This document shows positions 53,799 through 64,000 of a DNA stretch of 64,000 nt, in pieces; the stretch's first letter is position 1, and each line of letters opens with the position of its first letter. The DNA comes from Octopus bimaculoides (lineage: Eukaryota). Under the pieces are notes generated by a model, which was not told the DNA's origin, did no database searches, and saw only the letters and a list, made by a program, of their open reading frames with translations. The DNA lies in assembly GCF_001194135.2 (NCBI RefSeq), contig NC_068991.1:44261388-44325387 (forward strand), given 5' to 3'. Both the position numbers and the translations under genes were made by a program.

Positions 53799-54351
53799 NN
53801 NNNNNNNNNNNNNNNNNNNNNNNNNNNNNNNNNNNNNNNNNNNNNNNNNNNNNNNNNNNNNNNNNNNNNNNNNNNNNNNNNNNNNNNNNNNNNNNNNNNN
53901 NNNNNNNNNNNNNNNNNNNNNNNNNNNNNNNNNNNNNNNNNNNNNNNNNNNNNNNNNNNNNNNNNNNNNNNNNNNNNNNNNNNNNNNNNNNNNNNNNNNN
54001 NNNNNNNNNNNNNNNNNNNNNNNNNNNNNNNNNNNNNNNNNNNNNNNNNNNNNNNNNNNNNNNNNNNNNNNNNNNNNNNNNNNNNNNNNNNNNNNNNNNN
54101 NNNNNNNNNNNNNNNNNNNNNNNNNNNNNNNNNNNNNNNNNNNNNNNNNNNNNNNNNNNNNNNNNNNNNNNNNNNNNNNNNNNNNNNNNNNNNNNNNNNN
54201 NNNNNNNNNNNNNNNNNNNNNNNNNNNNNNNNNNNNNNNNNNNNNNNNNNNNNNNNNNNNNNNNNNNNNNNNNNNNNNNNNNNNNNNNNNNNNNNNNNNN
54301 NNNNNNNNNNNNNNNNNNNNNNNNNNNNNNNNNNNNNNNNNNNNNNNNNNN
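53799..54351. other. Assembly gap (N run); others at 6735-6815, 22059-22346, 23838-23850, 46780-46846, 61482-62146 and 62946-63745
   Basis: N runs in the sequence, mostly flanked by microsatellites or repeats. Confidence 0.99.
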
Positions 54352-54360
54352 TGTGTGTGC

Positions 54361-54424
<64 letters not shown>

Positions 54425-57400
54425 TGTATGTGTAGTAGCATTAAAAAATTGCTTATCATTATTTGTACTTTATATCTCACACTTTGAATTAGGTTTAATG
54501 ATACAGAATTTTTTGTATTAAAATATTAGCTTTAATAAAAGAATTGGAGGCCTGTATTTTGTTTGAGATCTAAACAAAGATTAGCTTCCTGTTATGTAAA
54601 TTGAACCTAAGGGATAGACTTAAATTTATTTTTGGAAGTACAGTAACCACTGAAATTTCTATTAGCAATTGTATATATTAGTTATGCTTTAGAATGGGTT
54701 TTGTTTTATGGATTTCCATTTACTTAAATTACTCCAAATTTTTTTTTTTATGAAAGATATGTTGGTAATAAGTTTGTGCATGTGTACTAAGGAACCATGT
54801 TGTAAATGTCTTTGTTGTTAATCATCTGAGGGTTGCTGTTTATTTGCTTATGTATTTCTGAATACCCACTTTTATTTCAGCTACTGCAATTTGTTCCATG
54901 TTTTCTGTGTTTTTGTTTTTAATACATTGGTTAAAGTTTCTATGTGACTCAGATTATTTCTTATTCTTAGCTAATGTTTTAGTTTTGAACTATCAAAATA
55001 ATTTTATATAATTATTTTCCTTGCAAAAGTTTTATCATTTAAATGCATATTTCATATCTTTTAGTTGTCAGTTAGCCACAAAACAATTGTTTATCATCCA
55101 TAGAAATAGGAAATTATTTGAAAGAACTATGTAGAAGATTCAATTTGCGCTTTAATGTTTGTTTTTTAGACTTTTTTTTTTGTAATACATCTTTCTGATT
55201 GTTTTTAACCCTAATTTCAATAATTTCAATTTGCTGATTTATTGGATTCTATTTCAATTTATTCTTCATATTTAAAAAAAAAAAATTTTCAGTGTGTCTG
55301 TTGATTTTGTTTCATTGGGGCTAGGGTGTCAAAATAGATGCACCACTTTAATATTACCTTATTCTTCACTCCTTACAAAGTCTGTTTAGCATTCCAATAG
55401 TGACAAAACCCTTTCTTTCAATATCAAGTTTTAAAATCAGTATTAGCTGATTTATTTAAAGATAATTGATTTAGTATAAAATGTGAGCTATTTATGGAAT
55501 GGTCTTGTTAGAATTTTAGACCTCTTCAATGAAAAAAGGGGAAAAAATTAAAAACACTATTCTTTCATGCCAACATAAGTCTTATTTTAACAGTGTAACT
55601 GTTATAAACTCTATAATTGTAAAACATTAAATAAATTTCTAACATTTTTTTATATTACAAAAATTTTTTCTAAGAACAAAAGTCTTTTCTGTTAGTTTGC
55701 TAAATCACCTAAGATTATTTTAATAATTAAAGCATGGCATCTTTCTGTCTTAACACCAATATCTTAAGCTTACCTGTTGTTTAACAGTTATAAGGCTTTA
55801 AGTAATTTTACTTGCAGCAATTTGATTTCAGGTTTCTTTAAATTGGTAACTTTGGGGTAAGTTACCAAATTGAGAAAGTTATTGATAGCAATTAATCACA
55901 TGTGAATATTGAATCACAGTGATTTTTTTTTTTTAAATTCTACACATTTATCCCCTTAAATTATTAGAATTGCAGTTATATTGTGGTTCTTCCCTCCTTA
56001 TACATATTTTTAAATAGTAATAATCAATTGATTTCATGTAAAAAAACAAAAAGGAAAAGGAAAATTGAGACATTTTTAAAACTATAGATTTGTCTATTCT
56101 AAACAAATTTAATGTTTTTCAAATGTAATATGTAAAGCATTTGAGAAGTAAATAAACTGCTGCTTTAAATTACTTCATATTCTGGATTCTAGAGGTAGTC
56201 CAAACCAATACTTGTGAAAATGTTTCTATTTTGGGAACTTTTGTCTAAGCATATTTAATGTATAACAATTTAGTTAATGTTCAATATGCTAATTATGCAA
56301 TCTTGCTTTATGATAACCTTTAGAGATTGGTTTTTGAAATTTATTGGAATTTTTCTTGTATCTTAGCTTCTTACATAGATTTTTGGTTGTTATTTAGTTG
56401 AATCCTAGTGTTGACCTTAAAGAGTTTTAATTCTCTCTATCTCTACTTCTGTTCGCCTCCTCCATATCTCTCTCTCTCTCATTTGTGTGTGTATTTTTGT
56501 GTGAAAGAAAGACCCAAAGTGGGAGCAAAGAAAATTTCTTTGAAGTAAAACAAAACAATCATTGCATAGTTGGAGTGATTATACCTGCACTAAGTTTGTG
56601 GTGGCTGCATAGATGGTGAAGGAAATGTATGCAACCTGGACATTTCCTTATAGTATTAATGTTGTTTGACTTTGGTGAAAGGAACAGTGCTGTCAGAAAG
56701 TGCTGAACTCACTGCAGTCTCCAGTCCACAAATGATGAAGGCTGTATATTAAGTGTTTGTGTGTTACTGGGCAGAGAGGAAGGAACAGTGCCTCTACCCT
56801 CACAGGCCCCTCTCTGCAAACTCAGATTGATCCCATTAATGTTCTGCTTAAATTGTTGGAAGTCAACACCTGCACATGATCAAGGAAATTTGGCTGATTT
56901 GAAGTATGGTAATCTCAGGACACAAGTTTAGCATGTGGTCCTATGTGCAATAGTTGTAATGAAGCCAGTGGTTTCTGCACCTGATAGGTGTAGACAGTTA
57001 TGGTTTAGCAGTGTCTAGGTTTTTAAGTGAGAAAGCAATCGAGTGTGTGGAATGTTTGCATGTCAGTTTGAAATGCAAGTACAGAATGAAACAAATTGAT
57101 ATGGAGAATTGTAAAAGATTAAATTTCTGCACTAACATCACCAGTATTGGATGACTTGCTAGAGTTACAAGGAGTTTTGAACATTGAAGCCATCAAAGAC
57201 AATGACTTAGTGAACTGTATGTTCTCAATATAGGAGGAAATATAGTCAAAGGGTTCTGACAGTGGAAGAGGAAGTAGATGTATCTGGTAGAATGAGGGGA
57301 AGAGACTTTGAGCAAGATAGGAGTTGCCATTGCTGAAATTCAAGTGAGAGACAGATGAGTGACCTAGTGAATGGAGTCTATATATGTATAGATAGTGTAG

Positions 57401-57917
57401 CATGGACTGCAGAGATAGATTGTAGAGGAGGGTTAAGAAATCTTTGTCGAGAAGAGAAACAGGGTGTGTGATTTGCATGCAAGAGGTGATGTATGGAATC
57501 TCTATTGGAGCAAAGTCCAATGATAGTTGTGGAAGGAAAAATGAACTGAGGGTTAGAGTTTAGTTCATATTCTTGACGTCATAGGGAAGTGTAAAGGATG
57601 ATGGTAGATGAATATTTTTACATGTATATGTATTTGCACATCTGTACAGACCAGAGCATGATATTTTTGAGGAAGTCTTTCTAGCAGATATTCATGAATG
57701 CAAGTTTGCCCTCTCCATACCACCAATGTTTATTCAAGGGAAAGGTCATAGACTATTGGCAACACAGATTGGCTTCAATGTCATTGCAGGCAGTGCTATC
57801 AAGAACACAATGAGCCAGAATGCCACAAGCCTTTCTATCCAACACACTAACAACTTGGCCAACTATCTCCCCACTTTCTCTCTCTTTGCTGGTGTGTGTG
57901 TTTATACATATATAAGT

Positions 57918-58070
57918 AGGTGCAACATGACCAAAAGGTTGATTTTGCTTGGCAATCATGAGGTCCAAGTTTCAATTCCTTTGCATGGCATCTTCAGCAA
58001 GTGCCATTTTCTGTAACCTCAGGCTGACCCATATCCTTTGAAATTGAGTAGATGGAAACTGTGTAAAAGC
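57918..58070 (+). mobile_element. Old tRNA-derived SINE copy
   Basis: AAGTTTCAATTCC...GCAAGTGCCATTTTCTGTAACCTCAGGCTGACC...TAGATGGAAACTG. Confidence 0.55.
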
Positions 58071-61000
58071 CTATTGAATGGATTATACCAATAATTCAAA
58101 GTTCTAGCCTTATCACTTTGTGTCGTGCTTGTTTCACCTGAGCATTACACTAAAAGTACATGTCTGTGGATAACTTAGCCACTCACACATGAATTTGGTA
58201 ATTCTTGTAAAATGACTACTCATGATCAGAAATTCTGCAAGCCATATATGTTTGAACATTATCTTATCTATATATGCATTGATGTTTGATGTGTGTGCAC
58301 ATACACTGGCCTACAATAACTTTATAATGAATATAATAAAATGCAGTATTTAATAATGTATTGAATAATTGTTCAAAATAAATGAATATTATCTTGATAT
58401 TTTGTAGACCCTTCTTTAGCTAATATGACTACTTTCACTATATTAGACATGGATTTGATTAATTCATGTTTATCCACTCTTTCATCTGCTCACAACCTTC
58501 TGACAAAATGTGTTCTGTTGGATGAAGATCAAAGCTTTGAGCAGCCATTTAAAAGATTTGATCATGCCAAGTTCCTTTCCAAGCTTGTGATGATTTGTTT
58601 CTATAGCATGAAACTCCATCTTCTTGAAAAAGATTTTTTTTTTGTTTATCAATTTCTACATTAGAAGAGATGGATAGTAGATACTTTTCAAGTATCTGAC
58701 AGTGTATTTGGTCTTTCAAATGATTTCCAACAAAAATTAGATATAATCTACATATCATGCAAACACCCTGCCCCCAGTTACTTGCACATTTTCGTGTTTG
58801 GTGGTCCTTGCAAACAATCTAGCTTCCATGCCTCAGTTTTGTTATGCCACACTTTATCTGCTTTGAATTGGAAAATTGGAATTTGCTCTTGTCAGAAGAT
58901 CTTGTTGACGGCCAAATCTTCTCGTCTTTGTTGCAGAGCTTTTCAGCCCAGTTGAACCTTTTAGTCACATTAGCTTTTCAGTACTGTTCTTACACAGTTT
59001 GGGGACATGTCTGTATAGTCTGTGACACTGTTATACTTATAGAAGTTGCAAGTCAGTATTTATTAATTTCCCTCTTAACCCTCCTTTTCTTCTCAGAAAG
59101 TTTCTGTGATTTCCCAGATCTCTTCTTCACTTGGAAATGCCATTTTTTAGTTCACCTCTTGACTGTGCTATTAAAAGTTTGAGGATTGATACAAAGGCTA
59201 TTTTTCAAATTGACTGTTGCGCACATCAATACCAGCTAGTGATTTGCCCACATGTACATACATGAATATCTTTTTTTCATGATGTTTTCATTGTTGGATT
59301 TTATCAAATTAAAGTTACAGTTAATCTAAAAATACTAATGCATTCTTTATCTTCTAAGAAAAGAGAGAGCATCTAAGTAGGAAAAATGAAAAATCAGCTT
59401 GTGGATAAAAGCTTTTTCAGAAGGCCACCGTGTATGCGTGTGTGTGTGCGTGTGTCTCTTGCATCCATGCACACACTGATGCTCGTCTTGAAATGTCACC
59501 ACCATTTCTCAATGAAAATTATGCAAATGCATCCCAGAGTGAAACATAAGCAAAACATACCAGGTCTGAAATCTTCTTGGGCTAAGTAAGACAAACATGA
59601 GTCAAGAGATGAAAGGTGTGAAGATGTATTAAGTAGGAGTATTAATGTGTGTTTACAAATCACTTAGTTTGTGACCAGTAACAGGCTGTAAGACAGGAGT
59701 CGAACATAAAGATTAATTTATGATATACATAAAATGATCCCATCATCATCAATATAATGCATAAAATATACGTAAAATAATTTCACCATCATCAATATAA
59801 TGCACTTTTCCATGCAATCATTGGTCAGGGGAAATTGATGTAAATTTTCTACAGCCATATGCCCTTCCAGTGGCATATTACTCAGGAAACTGGGCTAAGA
59901 AGCACACTGCATTTACTCATAAGACAGCACATGTGAACTGTTGATCAAAAGTACATACAGCATTAGTTTGGTTTACAATACTCTAATATGGGTCAGTAAA
60001 GGGAGAAAGGACGAGAAGGAAATGAAAATGAGAAGTGAGGAAGAAGTAGAAAAGGGAGAATAAAAGATAAAAGAAAAGATAAGCAAAAAGGGAAGGGGAA
60101 AGGGGAAAATGATGGGTATATGCATGGACATGTTCATACACACACGTGTATACAGAGATACATATTCAGGTACAAGGGATGGCAGAGATAAGTATACAAA
60201 CACATGCGCACATGCACATCCTTATTATATTTAGCCACCCTAGCACTCCAGCCTTGTATTGCCTGTTCAGAGGACATTGTAGATGACAGAAGATAGATAT
60301 TGTACAGATTATGTAGTCTTTTAAGTGTTTATTCCTGTTTATTGTAAGTTAAAATCCTGTTTTGTCTTCTTTACTAGGGGATTTTCAAAATCCTTCTTTT
60401 GGAAGAATAGTCAGTTCAGTATTTCCTTGAATTTTTATATCATTAGTGTTTTCTTTCAATTTTGTTTCAAACTCTTACTTTTGGAAAAGGTTTCTTTTGT
60501 TCTTTGAGTTATTCGTATTTTATCTTTCTATTCTTTCTTTGGAAGATGGGTTTCCAGTTGTTGATATGTATAGTATTATTCTTATACTATCTTCCTTATG
60601 TTGACTTGTTTTTAGTAGATTTATGTTTTGTGTTTTATGGTAGTTGGATTTCTTTTGGTTTGAATTATTAATTTCTGTCCATTTTTCATTTTTTTATTAT
60701 TTTTACATATAAGAATTTATGGGTTGTCACTCTTTGATTATTTCTTGAGCTAACTTGTAAATTATTATGGAAGAAATTATGGTTTCTTCTGTTCTTGATA
60801 AGTTCTGTATTCTTCAGATTTTTGATTTCTAGTATTTTATTTGATTTTGTTCCTTATCTCTTTTTTTTTTTTTCAGAGATCTAAGTATTTTTCACTTGTT
60901 TTTTTTTTTCAGTCATTCAGTGATTTCTTTCTGCATTATGGCATTATATTTTGTGAATTTGTCTTTGACTTTAAGTACTTTAGTCACTGGAGAGTGATTT

Positions 61001-61150
61001 CTGCTTTGAATTTTTGAAGTGTGAGGTTTATTCTAATATATTTTCCTCCTTTAGTCGTGATTGTATATCCTTGACATAGAATTGACATGGAAAAATGACT
61101 TGTTCTCAGTTTTCCCATTTTATGTATGTATCTGTCAAATTTTCATTTGT

Positions 61151-61463
61151 TTCAGTAATTAGATTGCAGCCATGCTGGGGTATTGCCTTGAAGAACTTTT
61201 ACTCAAATGAATTGACCCCAGTATTTATTTATTTTTAAGCCTGGTACTTGTTCTACAGTCTTTTTGTCAAACCACTGTGTTAAGGGGATGTAGACACACC
61301 AACACTTATTGATAAATGATGATGGGGAACAAATACAGAACCTTTCTCTCTCTCCCACACACACACAACAGACTTGTTTTAGTTCACTCAAGGCTTTGGT
61401 GAGACTGAAACCAGAACCATGTGATTAAGAAGTAAGTTTCTTACCACACAGCCATGCCTGCAC
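61151..61463 (-). mobile_element. tRNA-derived SINE (diverged, internally deleted)
   Basis: TTTCAGTAATTAGATTGCAGCCATGCTGGGG tail and CCAGAACCATGTGATT...TTACCACACAGCCATGCCTGCACC head. Confidence 0.7.
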
Positions 61464-64000
61464 CTATATATATATATATATNNNNNNNNNNNNNNNNNNN
61501 NNNNNNNNNNNNNNNNNNNNNNNNNNNNNNNNNNNNNNNNNNNNNNNNNNNNNNNNNNNNNNNNNNNNNNNNNNNNNNNNNNNNNNNNNNNNNNNNNNNN
61601 NNNNNNNNNNNNNNNNNNNNNNNNNNNNNNNNNNNNNNNNNNNNNNNNNNNNNNNNNNNNNNNNNNNNNNNNNNNNNNNNNNNNNNNNNNNNNNNNNNNN
61701 NNNNNNNNNNNNNNNNNNNNNNNNNNNNNNNNNNNNNNNNNNNNNNNNNNNNNNNNNNNNNNNNNNNNNNNNNNNNNNNNNNNNNNNNNNNNNNNNNNNN
61801 NNNNNNNNNNNNNNNNNNNNNNNNNNNNNNNNNNNNNNNNNNNNNNNNNNNNNNNNNNNNNNNNNNNNNNNNNNNNNNNNNNNNNNNNNNNNNNNNNNNN
61901 NNNNNNNNNNNNNNNNNNNNNNNNNNNNNNNNNNNNNNNNNNNNNNNNNNNNNNNNNNNNNNNNNNNNNNNNNNNNNNNNNNNNNNNNNNNNNNNNNNNN
62001 NNNNNNNNNNNNNNNNNNNNNNNNNNNNNNNNNNNNNNNNNNNNNNNNNNNNNNNNNNNNNNNNNNNNNNNNNNNNNNNNNNNNNNNNNNNNNNNNNNNN
62101 NNNNNNNNNNNNNNNNNNNNNNNNNNNNNNNNNNNNNNNNNNNNNNATATATATATATATATATAATTAATCAGCAAAGCTGATGAATAATAGTTTAAAA
62201 ATACACTCATGTTTTGAGTTTTGATTTTCTGTTTGTGTGTGTATACACACATAAATAGTATTAATAAAATACAGAAAATATATATGGTATTTTATTTCTT
62301 TATAAAATATACATGTCAAGATTACATAATTGCTTGATAAAACAATATAATTTCTTCAAGCTACTTCGTCAGTGTTAAGCAAAAAATATAAAGAATAGTA
62401 TTAAAAGTTCAATATATATTACTGTTATGCAAATTATCAAGAACATCAGTGGCACTGTATAGTAGGAGATAGACAAACAGATCACAGAAGTTCAAAGTCA
62501 TGCCTTTTCGTTTCTAAGAATGTAAACATACACATTCTTACACACTTGCACCATTCCCAAAATATACAATGGAAAGTGGAGAAAGAGAAAGAAGAGGACA
62601 ACCACAGACTCTTGTAGGCAAGCCAGCTCAATCATCAAATACTCTAACAATAACAACAACAACACCCCAAGGTGCCAGCCTAGTGACCATGACAGTGACC
62701 TTGTTAACAATAATAATAATGATAATGCTATTAACAGGAATGGCAACTACAGTTGCAACCTTCTTGTCATACATAAGTCAGGATCTGAGATGCTTGTAGT
62801 CAGCTAGTTGTCATGTTTATGGTTTCAGCTTCAAAGAAACTGCTTTTTGACAGACAGAGAACATAGATACAAATTTCCATAGAATATCCCTCTCCCTACC
62901 ACTCACACATTAACGTCCTGTATGCTGTTCCTCATTCACTCATGCNNNNNNNNNNNNNNNNNNNNNNNNNNNNNNNNNNNNNNNNNNNNNNNNNNNNNNN
63001 NNNNNNNNNNNNNNNNNNNNNNNNNNNNNNNNNNNNNNNNNNNNNNNNNNNNNNNNNNNNNNNNNNNNNNNNNNNNNNNNNNNNNNNNNNNNNNNNNNNN
63101 NNNNNNNNNNNNNNNNNNNNNNNNNNNNNNNNNNNNNNNNNNNNNNNNNNNNNNNNNNNNNNNNNNNNNNNNNNNNNNNNNNNNNNNNNNNNNNNNNNNN
63201 NNNNNNNNNNNNNNNNNNNNNNNNNNNNNNNNNNNNNNNNNNNNNNNNNNNNNNNNNNNNNNNNNNNNNNNNNNNNNNNNNNNNNNNNNNNNNNNNNNNN
63301 NNNNNNNNNNNNNNNNNNNNNNNNNNNNNNNNNNNNNNNNNNNNNNNNNNNNNNNNNNNNNNNNNNNNNNNNNNNNNNNNNNNNNNNNNNNNNNNNNNNN
63401 NNNNNNNNNNNNNNNNNNNNNNNNNNNNNNNNNNNNNNNNNNNNNNNNNNNNNNNNNNNNNNNNNNNNNNNNNNNNNNNNNNNNNNNNNNNNNNNNNNNN
63501 NNNNNNNNNNNNNNNNNNNNNNNNNNNNNNNNNNNNNNNNNNNNNNNNNNNNNNNNNNNNNNNNNNNNNNNNNNNNNNNNNNNNNNNNNNNNNNNNNNNN
63601 NNNNNNNNNNNNNNNNNNNNNNNNNNNNNNNNNNNNNNNNNNNNNNNNNNNNNNNNNNNNNNNNNNNNNNNNNNNNNNNNNNNNNNNNNNNNNNNNNNNN
63701 NNNNNNNNNNNNNNNNNNNNNNNNNNNNNNNNNNNNNNNNNNNNNTACGTGTTTAGGTTTCTGTGCTTGCTTTCTTGTAGCATGTAAGTTTGTAGATATT
63801 CACAAAATAGTAGTGTATTATCCAAATTTATTAATATAGGTCCATTCAGTCTTGTACATCCATAGGCCTGTGCAGTTGACAGTTGTATGGGATGGAAAGT
63901 ACATTCTGCAGAAAATGTATAATTTCATGCAATATGGTAAAGTGTTTCAGGCATTGTGCATACTTGATTGGAAAGTGTTCAGGCCAGTGGCTACAACTTG

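Noticed and set aside
58396-58664. Phase-compatible acceptor (TTTTGTAG) with an open frame, considered as the missing UBA exon
   Set aside because: The translation has no UBA features (no MG[FY] or ATYLLL motif).
59742-59805. CATCATCAATATAATGCA repeated twice, reminiscent of the adenovirus ITR start (CATCATCAATAAT)
   Set aside because: Short AT-rich local duplication that diverges after 10 nt; no viral or Polinton genes nearby.

Overview
AT-rich, microsatellite-dense animal genomic DNA with seven N gaps. The SINE, RTE-LINE and MITE repertoire points to an octopus (coleoid cephalopod) draft assembly; this is an inference from repeat families. The window holds the middle of one + strand gene, a MARK/PAR-1 Ser/Thr kinase. 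I reconstructed it by hand from short GT-AG exons that the ORF track mostly misses: 7923-7976, 21554-21602, 23207-23272, 25271-25341, 26451-26507, 27592-27727, 29488-29588 and 32845-32964. These splice in frame to a complete-looking kinase core ([26 protein letters not shown]). Main discovery: the next exon, which encodes the kinase C-terminus, common-docking (CD)-like motif and linker to UBA, is present as two tandem diverged 100-nt copies (40988-41087 and 41564-41663). They have identical phases and intact splice sites, and joint inclusion creates a premature stop, which is the signature of mutually exclusive exons. The two versions flip the segment's net charge from -4 to +2. The 476-nt intron between them carries an extended ~90-nt stem-loop, a YCAY cluster and Rbfox-type motifs. 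The N-terminal exons and the UBA/spacer/KA1 exons were not found in visible sequence. The introns contain decayed RTE LINEs, tRNA-derived SINEs, mariner and piggyBac-like MITE elements, and a Tigger element that closely resembles mammalian Tigger4/Zombi as I recall it.
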